A stretch of 64,000 bases of DNA from Octopus vulgaris. Taxonomy: Eukaryota. A program made the position numbers and the translations under genes. The stretch spans positions 50,220,001-50,284,000 of the forward strand of contig OX597830.1 of assembly GCA_951406725.2 (NCBI GenBank), in the 5' to 3' direction. Numbering within the stretch: the first letter of the stretch is position 1; every line of letters starts with the position of its first letter. Below the pieces are notes generated by a model that did not search any database, was not told where the DNA came from, and saw only the letters and a program-made list of their open reading frames with translations. Positions 27,246-39,515 of this stretch are shown here, piece by piece.

Positions 27246-27719
27246 TTGTGTACTCTGGTAAGATTTGAACTCAGAAAGGAGAGATCCAGAATGAGTACAA
27301 AAAAAATAATCTTCCTAATGCACTAATGACTTTGTTTTACACACCTGCACCCACATGGACATGATAATTAAGAATCACATGATGGATGGTTCCTGTTAAT
27401 TAACTGGTATAGGTATCTTCTGAGAAGTTACCAGCTAAAGAAGTTGGTGGGGGTGATGAGATGAGAATGGGTTAAGCATTAATGTCTTATGATGATGATG
27501 ATTGTTATGGTAATAACTGAAACATTCTTCTAATTTTGGGTGCAAAGCCAGCAGTTTTAGTGAAAAAAAGGTTGGTCAAATGAATCAAGCCCAGCATTTT
27601 GCTGGTAATGTGGAAGGATGAAAGAGGACTCTGACAGGACTTGAGCTCAGAATGTAAAGATAGGGACTTCTAAATGCATCCCACTTGAACTAGTTTTTAT
27701 TGTATGAATGAATACTTAG

Positions 27720-28480
27720 CAAATAAAGCTGGTCAGCATCACATTGGAACAAATGCCAGTTGTGTTCAAGAACAGACATGAATCAAGGTATTTTAGTTGG
27801 GTTGCAGCTTGGCACCTGGTGAGGCAAGACCACGTTAGCCAGCAGCTTCTTCAGTTTCTAAATTGTGGGCTCAGTTAAGGTGCTCAAAATCTAGTTTAGA
27901 CTGGATTTTCAAATGGATAAGAACTGGTTAAGTTTGTAAGCAAGGTATCCTGTCTCACTTAGAAAATAGCTAATGTCTTCATGACTGCCTGACCCCTAGA
28001 GATTATACCAACAGACATTTGACCACTTTGGAATGTACGTTCTTATGTATCTTATGGAAGAGATAAGCTCCAGGGTCAATGCATCAAGAAGACAGTGAAG
28101 TGGGTACACATGATGGACTGAGTGTGCGAAGTGGTCATTTAGTTTGATCACTAGGCAGGTTTAATGATCTAGCTTCTGTAAACCAAAACCAATTATTCTT
28201 AACACTGCTGTCAGGTAGCCCAGTTCAACTGATCAATTCTGCCATAATCGTTGGCCTGATCCAAATGGATCAGTGCCTTACTCAAACCAAACCAATTCCT
28301 GTATGATAATGAGAAGAGTTTGTCATGGATCTGTTAGAGATTGCTCAACTGTGGACATTTCCAACTACATGTCCTAAAACAAAGGTCAACCTCTTGGCAA
28401 GCATTTTTGCAAAAATGCTCAAATCTATATTTAGCAGCATTTTAAGTTTGAAGTTTGACATCACAAACCTGCCAGCTGCA
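27720..28480 (-). mobile_element. Degraded L1/Tx1-clade LINE reverse transcriptase fragment
   Basis: Minus strand gives MLLNIDLSIFAKMLAKRL (28440-28387), HSVHHVYPLHCLLDALTLE (~SVRQGCPLSPLLY.LALE) and SHEDISYF (~YADD), in the correct order. Confidence 0.7.
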
Positions 28481-28599
28481 TCACCAATTTCCAGCTCACA
28501 CAATTAGGTTCCCAGTTTTCAAGCAGAATAATTATGAACAAGCTTAGCATGAAGAAATAGAATTCATAGAGTAGACAATTGAGTTACGGCAATTTAATC

Positions 28600-28766
28600 T
28601 CTGTCGTCGCCAGTGCCTCTGGACTGGCTCCTGTGCAGGTGGCACGTAAAAAGCACCATTTGGGCATGAACGTTGCTAGTACCACCAAACTGGCCCTTGC
28701 GCCAGTGGCATGTAAAAAAAACCCACTACACTCTCAGAGTGGTTGGCGTTAAGAAGGTCATCCAGT
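28600..28766 (+). mobile_element. RTE 3' UTR fragment (family C)
   Basis: GGTGGCACGTAAAAGCACC and ACCCACTACACTCTCAGAGTGGTTGGCG. Confidence 0.8.
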
Positions 28767-29254
28767 AAACTATAGAAGTAGGCATCCAAGTCCATTATTA
28801 TTCTTTGAGAATGGAGTGACAAAATACGATTGGAAAATAGCACAAATGCGCTTGACAGGATAGCATATGTCTACTGTGATCTACTCCAAGACTGAAGCCT
28901 GACCGTATTTCTTCACTGTGGTCCACCGTCAAAGAGAACAATCTCACTTTGTCATCACATGGTGGTCTGTCGAAAACTGAAGCCTCCTTCAGTTGCCTCA
29001 CTGTGGCCTGGCCATCCAGGCCCATTCAATGGGTTTCGTAGCTTTCTGATTGAGCATATGTATCTTGGGCATACTAGAGGCAACTTATACTTGGGTTTTA
29101 CATCAAAGAAATTACCAAGATCAGTCTTGCGGCTTAACACATCATTAGCTGTGCTTCCTCTGTGTATATTAGTAAACTAATTCCTCTTTTGCTCTGCAGT
29201 TCTCTACAGTAATTTCTTTGATGAAACTAATGGATGCTGTGCTGAATTTACAGC

Positions 29255-29680
29255 AGAGTATAAAAAAGGGAGGGAGAAGGGGGAGAGAGAGAGACAAAAG
29301 AGAGAAAGAAAAAATAGAGATGATGGAGAAAAGAGAGAGAGAGAGGAAGAAGGCAGAAAAGAGAGGGTGAGAGTAAAAGTGGGAGAGAAGACAGGAGGAG
29401 AGAAGGAAAAAGTTACACAGAGATAGATACACAAACAAGGAGAGGGAGAGTGGGAGGAGACAGAGAGGAGAGAAGGAGAGAGAGAAAAGAGGAAAAGAAA
29501 AGAGAAAGAGGGAGAGGAGAGAGAAGAGGAAATGAAAGAGGAAAGAGAAAGAGGGAGAAAGGAAGTGAAGAGGAAAGAGAGAGGGAGAGGGAGACAGAGG
29601 TTGTGGGAGAGAAAGAGACAAAGAAGAGAAAGAAGGAAAGATTTACAAATAGAAAGAGAGAGAGAGAGAGAGAGAAATAC
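29255..29680. repeat. GA-rich polypurine low-complexity tract
   Basis: Directly visible. Confidence 0.9.
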
Positions 29681-30706
29681 AGGAGTCCATGGTTTGTGAT
29701 CATAGTTCTGTGAAATTAGTGTTGACCTGGGAACTAATCAACGCCAAGACTAGAAACAACACCACTGTCCACCACCTTCATGTCCACTACTAAAACTATT
29801 ATGACCACCACCAACAACAACAACATCTACAGGTGCACTACAACCAAAATAATAATAATAATAATAAAAAAGAAATATTTGATAATTCTACAGCAATAAT
29901 CAACACAATTAAATGATGTTATTGTAAACTAACACATTTATATTGATAATTAAATATACTAATTAATCACACTAATTAATATCTAGTTCACATAATTAAC
30001 TACTCTAATTAACCATTTAGTGCTAGCAGTTGATACTCAGTATCCCTTTTACTTAGTGATGTTAATTGATACTTAATTATAATAATTTGTTTAATATGTT
30101 TTTCTACTATGAGCACAAGGCCCGAAATTTTGTGGAAGGTGGGTAGTCAATTGCATTGAGGCCACTCTTTTCTGGGTTGCAGTTCCAAATATGCACTTTA
30201 TATCTTCTACAAATTCAGGTACAGCCTCATTGTCACCAAACTTTGTTTATGAGTAACCCACATGTGATAGCTTGGGTGAGCATCTTCTACTATGGCTCCA
30301 TTGTCACCAAACTTAGGTTATCATAAATAATGACCCATTGTGGGATACCTTGAGGAAAGTGTCATCTACTATAGCCCCAGACCCACTGTGTGGCACCTTG
30401 GGTATGTGTCTTTTATTCTACAATAGCCCCATTTGCACCAAACTTGGTTAATAAATAACAAACTAGTCCAATACATAGGACTCTCATTACCTCACAATTC
30501 TTTTATTAGGTGTGTGACCCAGTGGTTAGGGTGCTGAGCCAACAATTATGAGAAGGTGGGTTCAATATCTGGACCAGATGATGTGTTTGGCTTTGAGCAA
30601 GGTACTTCATTTCCCATTATTTCAAACCACTCAGCTATAATGAGTATCATCTAGGTTCTGGTGCTGGTCTCCTTTTTCTATCCATCACATCTTGGATGTT
30701 ATATGG

Positions 30707-31273
30707 CAGTGGTTCTCAATATGGCCCTTGGGGGTCCACAAACAATTTTGTTCCTCAGATTTATCTGCAATAAACCGATTATTCTTCTACAATACAGAAA
30801 ATGTTTTCACAATTTCTTATGCAATTCCTATTAACATTTAATTATAAAAATTTAATTGCATAGGCATAGGAGTGGCTGTGTGGTAAGTGGCATTCTTACG
30901 AACCACAAGGTTCCGGGTTCAGTCCCACTGCGTAGCACCTTGGGCAAGTGTCATCTACTATATCCTCGGGCCAACCAAAGCCTTGAGAGTGGATTTGGTA
31001 GATGGAAACTGAAAGAAGCCTGGCATATATATGTATATATAAACATTATAAATTTCTTTTTTCCCCTTCCTCAATTTAAAAAAAAATTTTCCCTTCCAAA
31101 TCTTGAAAATTTGCCTTGCAATGAAAGCCCGTTTGATTTTTTTTTTTAATTTTTCATACACCAATTTTTATTAAAATTTTCTTTCAGTTTAGCATTCTGC
31201 TTTATTATTTTTTCTTCTCCTATCATTTCTCCATGTGCGATTAACACCCCCCACCACCATTTACTGACTTATA

Positions 31274-31322
<49 letters not shown>

Positions 31323-31621
31323 ATATGTTTGTGTGTCTGTGTTTGTCCCCCCAACATCGCTTGACAACTGATGCTGGTGTGTTCCCCCTAACTTAGCGGT
31401 TCGGCAAAAGAGACTAACAGAATAAGTACTAGGCTTACAAAGAATAAGTCCTGGGGTCGATTTGCTCGACTAAAGGCAGTGCTCCAGCATGGCCACAATC
31501 AAATGACTGAAACAAGTAAAAGAGAGCATTTTTTTTTAAACATCAAATGGCTGTGAAAGTCCTTTAGAATAAAATAAGGATCAAGGGAGTCCATTGGCAA
31601 AAAAGGGGCTGAGAAGCACTA
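30707..31621. mobile_element. Nested insertion: hAT-like MITE containing a family A SINE (30862-31525) that is itself split by ~230 bp
   Basis: CAGTGGTTCTCAA at 30707 and GCTGAGAAGCACTA at ~31608-31621. SINE head at 30862, tail at 31320-31525. Confidence 0.65.
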
Positions 31622-32296
31622 TTCCATAGGATTAAAGTGGCAGGGACAAGTGAGAGGATATTTTCCTCTGCTCCATGACTATGCAAGCACTGAAAGCAAG
31701 TAGACCAAGTGGGGTACAAGGTTGCAAGTTATACTCACTTGTGAGTGATGGCCATGGTAATTAACATAATGATATAAAACAATTAATTAGAATATACCAT
31801 ATTACAGGGGAGGAATATGAAGATATATATAGAAGAAAATGATGAAAAAGATGGTGAAGAAATGTCAGAATAAGGAATTGTAGAGAATGTAGGGTGAAAA
31901 GCAGCAGCCTGCTTGGATGGTGTTGCCAGGGACATCATCATGTGACCACAACTAACCAATGGAAACTAAAAAGGATACCACATGCCCCACCCCCACCTGC
32001 TGTACTTTTATTCCAGGAACCCTCAATTAGGTTGTATGTTTCATGTTTTTGCTGCCTGAAGATCACAGAAGATGAGAAAAATGGGTAGTAATGAAGTGCA
32101 TCCTCAGCATCAACAGCCTAGTGTGTGTGTGTGTGTGTGTGTGAGTTGTAAGAGAGAAGGGAAAGGAAGAAAATGAAATCAGATTAACTGATCAGAGAAA
32201 TCCACAATTAAAACAGAAATTGTTTTATGCACACAGAGAAACAGACACAAGGGTGTGTATGTGTGTGCATGATGTATGTAAGTGTGTGTGTGTATA

Positions 32297-32329
<33 letters not shown>

Positions 32330-32718
32330 ATATGTACACATGCACAAACAAGGTCATAACTTCATTTTTTTTTATATATATATTTGGGTACGAACCAATA
32401 AATGTGCATGTCTATGCATATATATATATATATGTATGAATGAATGTATGTATGTATATACATGTGCGTGTGTGTGTGCTAGTATGTGAGTAAACGTGTG
32501 AGTGTGAAATCGAAATGAAACTGTATGAACGAAAAAAAAAAAATCAAAGCAATAGAGACAAAGATATATTGATGAAGTTCTACAAAACACTGCTCCCCAC
32601 CCACGACCACCACTCCTCCAGCATGTCTTTGATGTAAAAACTTGAAGCAATCTGTTGGATTTCCCTATATATATATATATATACATATATATACACACAT
32701 ATATATATATACACACAC

Positions 32719-32751
<33 letters not shown>

Positions 32752-32775
32752 TATATATACACACACACACACACA

Positions 32776-32821
<46 letters not shown>

Positions 32822-32826
32822 CACAC

Positions 32827-32891
<65 letters not shown>

Positions 32892-32958
32892 TATATATAC
32901 ACACAAACACACACACATATACACACACACACATATATATATACACACACATATATAT

Positions 32959-33002
<44 letters not shown>

Positions 33003-33609
33003 GCATACAAATATACCTACACTTGTTTCTTTTGTTGTTATCTATTGTTGTTACTGCATATTGTGTTTGTGTTTGTTTTTGTTTCTCATACTGTGGTGTT
33101 GTTGTTCTTGTTGATGCTGGTGGTGGTGGTGGTGTCGGTGGCGTTATTGTTACTCATAGATGAAGATCTGAAGATTTTCCATTTTTGTTCCAGTTTCCAT
33201 TAAAACCTTACAGAAGAGGGGTAGGAGGAGATGGAGGAAAGACCAAAACGTTTAGTCTCAAAAGACTCGTTACTGCCGCCACAACCACCACCACCACCAC
33301 CACCACTGCCCATACCACTGATGTCATCAATACTACTACAACTATAACTACAATCACCACAAACCAATACCACCACCATCACCACTACTACTACTATCCT
33401 CACCACTAGAGCTATCATCACCACCAACACCACTACCATTCAAACACCACTACTACTGTTACTACCCCTTCCACCACCTTCATCAATATCATTACTGTTA
33501 TAGCTACAATGACACACCACTACCACCATCGCCTCTACCCTAACTACAACTACCAGCGCTACACTGTCTACTGTAGTTAGTAATATTTTCTCAAACTAAT
33601 AAGGGTGCC

Positions 33610-34000
33610 TCTACATGGTTGCTGTCCTGCTAGAAATAGCAGTTAGATTTCTTTCAAATCACACACAAACATTACAGTATTATAAAAGGGAAAAAGCCAC
33701 ATTAGATAAAGTAGTCCTAGATACACAATGTCTCAATGACAGACAGCTTTGATCATAGGTCTGTATGTAGGATCATGACAAGGAAGGACAGGCACATTAG
33801 ATAATGTAGTCTTAGATACACTAGTCCGATGAAAGACAGAAAAGTCAAAGTTGAAATATCTTTGATCATAGGTCTGTTGGATTAGGACCTGATCTGGGGC
33901 TAAACTACAAGAAGAAAGGATACATTAGACAATGTAGTCTTAGATACATGATGTCTGAATGAAAGATAATAATACAAACACCTTCGATAATAGATTTGAT
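33610..34000 (+). repeat. Dispersed repeat (GCTAGAAATAGCAG…CACATTAGATAATGTAGTC), locally triplicated
   Basis: ACATTAGA…GTAGTC at ~33700, 33794 and 33922; homologous pieces at ~24450, 24597 and 58765. Confidence 0.65.
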
Positions 34001-34214
34001 TATCAGAACATCGATATTTTAACCTTTTAGCATTCGGATTACTGTTAAATGTGATGCGTATTTATTGACACTATTTTGAATTAATCATACATTACCTCAA
34101 AGCTTCAAGATTTTGGTGGTGCGACTGTTTTATTTTTAGAATGACATTGTAAGACAGGTGTGAGAGGTCATATTGAATATAAAACAGGTAGGATATTTAG
34201 TTTTCTTTCTTCTT

Positions 34215-34445
34215 GCATTATGCCAACTGATAAGGACTGGTTTCCCGGCTTCCATGGCATATAAACTCCCCATCTGGATGGGATGCCAGTCCGTCGCAGG
34301 GTCACTCATTTCTGCCAGCTGAGTGAGCAACATGAAATGAAGTGTTTTGCTCAAGAACTCAAAACATCTCTCAGTCCAGGAATTGAAACCATAATCTTAC
34401 AATCATGAGTTCGACACCTTAAACACTAAGACTTGAACCTCCACA
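34215..34445 (-). mobile_element. SINE family E
   Basis: Reverse complement of 9382-9640 (CTGGATGGGATGCCAGTCCGTCGCA…TTTTGCTCAAGAAC). Confidence 0.8.
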
Positions 34446-34739
34446 AGTTTCCCCACTCAAGTCACACAATGTGTAGCCCCGTCTAGGAATTGAAACCACA
34501 ATCTCATGACCATGAGTCCAACACCCTAACCACCAAGTCATTTGCCTCCAATAAATGTAGAATATTAGGGTCACATATGGCTGGTATGAATACTAAAGGG
34601 CCAATGCAGCTATTTTCTGCATCACAGAAACAGTGGTGGCTTAGAAAAGTAGAATGCAACATCACACAACAGTTGCAACTGAGTGTCACCCTTATAAAGA
34701 AGGTGTCGTTCATTTGCTATTTTGTGATCATTGACAGAG

Positions 34740-35220
34740 CAGCCAACCAGCTTCCGTGCCAGTAGCACTTAAAAGGCACCATTTGAGTGTGATCGTTACC
34801 AGCGTCACCTTACTGGCACTCGAGCCCTGTGCAAGTAGGGTATTAAGAGTACCATCCGAGTGTGATCGTAGCCAGAGCGGCTATCTGGCCTCGGTGCCGG
34901 TGGCACGTAAATGACACCATCCAAGCGTGACCGTTACCAGCATCACCTTACTGGCACCTGTGCCGGTGGCATGTGTAAAAGATTCGAACGAGGTTATTGC
35001 CAGTACCGCCTGACTGGCCCTGTGCCGGTGGCACGTAAAAGCACCCACTACACTCTTGGAGTGGTTGGCATTAGGAAGGGCATCCAGCTGTAGAAACTCT
35101 GCTAGATCAAGATTAAAGCCTGGTGCAGCCATCTGGTTCGCCAGCCCTCAGCCAAATCGTCCAACCCATGCTAGCATGGAAAGCGGATGTTAACCGACGA
35201 CGACAATGATGATGATGATG
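34740..35220 (+). mobile_element. RTE 3' UTR (family C), long copy with internal tandem GCCGGTGGCACGTAAA repeats
   Basis: Ends AAAGCGGATGTTAACCGACGACGACAAT(GAT)n. Confidence 0.9.
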
Positions 35221-35739
35221 TGGAGTATTCAGCCACTTTTATGTTAATTTCTTCTGTTGATTGAATAAACTGGTACACCTGTCATCATAACCGACAACAT
35301 GGCCAACCACCTCCAAATAAGAAATGGCGATCACTGTGATAACCAATCTATGGGAAGCTGATGAGAGATACATCTTCTCCTGGATGAGGCACTGGTTTAT
35401 TGTAGATAACATTCCAAGAGGATGTGGTCTCCCATTCATGTCAGAAGCTAGATGTACTGAGGGCTGATCTAGAATGTATGGATTTACACAGAAATAGCTA
35501 GACAACCTTAAAGATAGGATCTAAACCCCTAGATCTGGTAGCTTTGCCACACCTACTGCTTCAAGAAAGTACGGAAGGACAAAGACTAACTCAAATGTTT
35601 GCAGACCTTTCCAACCCACGACGATATAGAGAAACAAAATAATGAATGAGAAAAAGGCATGCTTTAATTCTAATAAAATATGAAATTTAAAACACATAAT
35701 AATAATAATAATAATAACAACAACGTATTACCATGGCTT

Positions 35740-35782
<43 letters not shown>

Positions 35783-36449
35783 AGGCTAAAATATTTAATA
35801 AAAAATTAATAACAAAACAGAACTTTGATGTTTTCCGATGCAATTAAAAGTGAAGGCTAGCAAAATTCATTAAAAGAGCTTTGACAAGATAAAAACAGTT
35901 GAGAGCGCCGAGATTTTGGTTTTGATTGTCTTGGAAAATTATCATTAAAGTGGAAAAAAAAACAAAAAGAAAACAAAAAAAAGATCGTTGTCTGAAGGTC
36001 AAAGGCCGCATTACCCACGCCATCATCTCCGCTCTTCACCCATTTATTTCAACAGATTAAGACTATAAAACCTCGTTATGTGTCAGTCATAGAAGCTGCT
36101 TGTTAATTGGTTACTTTATTAGAGGAAATATTGGAATTGGTAACATCGGATGAGGATAATAAGAGAAATAAAAGACCAATCACTGCATACTGTTGTTTTT
36201 ATTTGTTTATTTTTTGGTGGGAGTGTGGGGTGGCAGGGAGGAAGGTTTGGAGTTGGTTTGATTAGAAATCACTAATAATCAATTTTATTAGCATAGAGTA
36301 ATGTAACACCGTTGGTGTTACGTAAAAGTTAAACCTCAGACAAGACACACCACTCCATATCGATACATTAACACACAATACCATCAGCATTATATAAGGG
36401 ATGGAGTTAGATGTTATACAAGATATACCACTCTATATAAATATATTGA

Positions 36450-36626
36450 TTTCATATTGTGGCACAAGGCCAGCAATTTTGGGGGAAGGTGCAAGTTGAT
36501 TGCATCGTTCCCAGTACTCAACTAAGACTTGTTTTAGAGATCCCTAAAGGATGAAAGACAAAGTCATCCTCAGTGGAATTTGAACTCAGAATGTAAAGAC
36601 GGACTAAACACCACTAAGCATTTTGC

Positions 36627-36667
<41 letters not shown>

Positions 36668-37102
36668 TAATAAAAATATTCCTTTCTACTAAAGGCAAAT
36701 GGCTTGAAATTTTGGGGCAGGAGCTAGTCGATTACATTGACTCTAGTGTTTCACTGGTACTTAATTTATTGACCCCTAAAGGATAAAAGGCATAGTCAAC
36801 CTTGGTAGAATTTGAACTCAGAATGTGCAAACAGGCAAAATGCCACTAAGTCTTTTGTCTGGCATGCTGACGATCCTGCCAGCAATCCTTTCTACTATAG
36901 GCACAAAGCCTGAAACTTGGGGTGAGGGGGGATAGCCGATTACATCGACCCCAGTGCTCAATTATGACTTATTTTTAACAACCCCAAAAGGATGAAAGGC
37001 AAAGTCGACCTCAGTGGAATTTGAACTCAGTATATAAAGACAGACGAAATGCCGCTAAGCATTTTGCCCGGTGTGCTAACAGTTGTGCCAGCTTGCTGCC
37101 TT
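36450..37102 (-). mobile_element. Three successive family B copies
   Basis: GAATTTGAACTCAG at ~36576, 36808 and 37017. Confidence 0.8.
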
Positions 37103-37169
37103 ACTCTATATAAATATATTAACAACATACTGCTATTGTTACACAGGGGGACAAATTTACATCTTAAGC

Positions 37170-37690
37170 AAGACACATCACTGAAAAATTGGGTATAAGA
37201 GGCATAGTGTGCAAGACTGCTCAGGTATGGCCACAGGATGTGTATGGATGAGAACAGCTGTGTGAAAAAGTGCCAATCTCTAATTAAGGAGGGAACTTGT
37301 GGCAGGGGTAGATCCAGGAAGATATGGGACGAGGTGGTGAAATATGATGTTCAGTTGTTGAGCCTCATGGAAGCAATGATAAGTGACTGAGAGTTCTGGT
37401 GATTTGTTGCGCTTGAGAAGATACATCAAGCTAAGTGAATCCTGATTGTTGCTAGTGCCGGTGACAAATAAAAGGGATCCATGCTGGTGACACATAAAAA
37501 TGGCACCTGTGCCAGTGACATGTAAAAGGTATCCATGCTGGTAACACATAAGAAGCACCCAGTACACTCTGTAGAGTGGTTGGCATTAGGAAGGGCATTC
37601 AGCCATAGAAACCAAAGCAAAACAGATGACTGGAGCAACTCTCCAGCTGGCTAGTTCTGGTCAAACCATCTGACCCACACCAGCATGATA
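37170..37690 (+). mobile_element. RTE LINE 3' end: ORF C-terminus contiguous with the family C 3' UTR
   Basis: LLRYGHRMCMDENSCVKKCQSLIKEGTCGRGRSRKIWDEVVKYD matches RTE LRW.GHV.RM…RGRPRKTW.EVV..D. Family C sequence follows immediately. Confidence 0.85.
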
Positions 37691-38654
37691 TAATTTTCTG
37701 TTTAGATTATATTTGTAAGGGTCGATTTGACCAAGTCTTATTCAGGACTATGCTACATGTCTTTATAGGGACCACATGAACCAGGGGCCGTGATTGTGCA
37801 TAGTTATCTCTCTTTCCCACCTAAATAGTCTTGTTTCGACATGTTGTTCCTTAGGGTCTTCAAAACATTGACCACATGGAGCAATGGGCTGCTAGATATA
37901 GCAGTCAATTGATAACTCAAATTTGATAGCATGTTTAATGTAGCGTCCACATGTTTAGAATTGTCAAATCACTGAGGTTAATGAAATAGGAGACTAGATT
38001 GAAAGTTTTCATTTAATCAAACCTTGCCTTGCCACGCCTCCCTCTTAGTCTATGGATCTGGCCTAGCAGTGATACAACAGGAGCAGCAGTAGTAGTAGTA
38101 ACAGCAATCACAATAATGACAGCAACAGTAACAATCACAACAACAACCATAACAGCAGAATCAACAGGTGCTAAGCTTGAAGCAATGTAAAATGTAAAGG
38201 AAACAGTATGAAGTACGAAGAATATTTTTGTGGAACAATGGTATTGATAGGAATTGGTAAAAGGTTTAATTATCGGTTGGGGACAGTGCTGCTGCTGTTG
38301 TTATTGCTGTTGTCGTTGTTATCGTAAAAGAGCAATAAACGTCAGCAGGATCTGCAGAGAAGTTGCTCATTTCAAGAGCACATCTTCACTGTAAATAGTG
38401 ATTACAGCTCTCTGGAGACAAGTAAGAGAATTCCTGAACAGAATAATATTACCAAGAATAATGTATTTGCAAAGAATTCTCATTGGGCTGTAAATATGGG
38501 GTAGCAGTGGTGTGGGGGTGGGGGTGGGTTTGGGCTTGGGCAGAAGGGTTAGGGAGACAGGAGGGATGATGAATTGAGGAGAGAGATGGCAAGTTCCAGA
38601 GAATTAGGGGTGCCAATTAGGAAGGGTAAATCGAGGATAGAAGGTAAGTGGTTG

Positions 38655-38890
38655 AGGAAAGGGGTGGAAGAAAGGTAGGCAGGTGATTGTAAAGGAGGGG
38701 AAGGTGGGAGTGTGGGGAAAGGGGTGGAGGGAAGGCAGGTGATCGTAAAGGAGGGGAAGGTGGGAGTGGGGGGAAGGGGTGGAGGGAAGGCAGGTGATCG
38801 TAAAGGAGGGGAAGGTGGGAGTGGGGGAAAGGGGTGGAGGGAAAGAGGCGGAGGGGAAGGTAGGTGAGTGGGAAAAGGTATGGGTGGAAC
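38655..38890. repeat. G-rich ~55-bp tandem repeat
   Basis: CAGGTGAT anchors at 38680, 38736 and 38791. Confidence 0.85.
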
Positions 38891-39175
38891 GGAGAAAATG
38901 GTAGGGTGCAGAATTTGTTCTGGTTATTGTTGTTTTTTGCTTCTTTGTTTAATGTTCAAGGAATCATGAACTGCAAATGTTAAATTATTGTTTCTATAGA
39001 ATAATATCAAAACCGTATAAAATGGAAATGTTTTCAAAATTATGGATGCACATCCATGTATACTGAGTGCTGTAAATACTCACAAATTAATAACCTCTCT
39101 TTAAAATACATGTACACATAAATACTACACACAGTAATATACATACATACATATACATACATACATATATATATA

Positions 39176-39515
39176 ATTTTAAAATAGGATAAAATCTTTA
39201 TAAGAATTTATCAAGTAGTTAGCGTGAAAACCTCATAAGAGAAAAAAATCCACCAATTTTTTCACTTAAATATATTTATTTATATTATATAGAGGGCATT
39301 ACTATACATAAATGCCACACGCTAGAAGGGACTCTTAAAGTCAAAACTACTAAAATAAATAAACACATCGTACCGAATGCAACTCTCGAAGCAAGTCATT
39401 TAAAAACAGAATTCTGTGTTTATTTATTTTGGTAATTTTGACTTTAAGACTCCCTCCAGCGTGTGGCATTTATGTATAGCAATGCCCTCTATATAATATA
39501 AATATATATATATAT
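39176..39515. mobile_element. (TA)n-embedded fold-back element (~90-bp inverted arms), possibly a Penelope-like pseudo-LTR
   Basis: 39277-39367 is the reverse complement of 39415-39504. A second family member lies at 44260-44555. The class assignment is inference. Confidence 0.6.
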
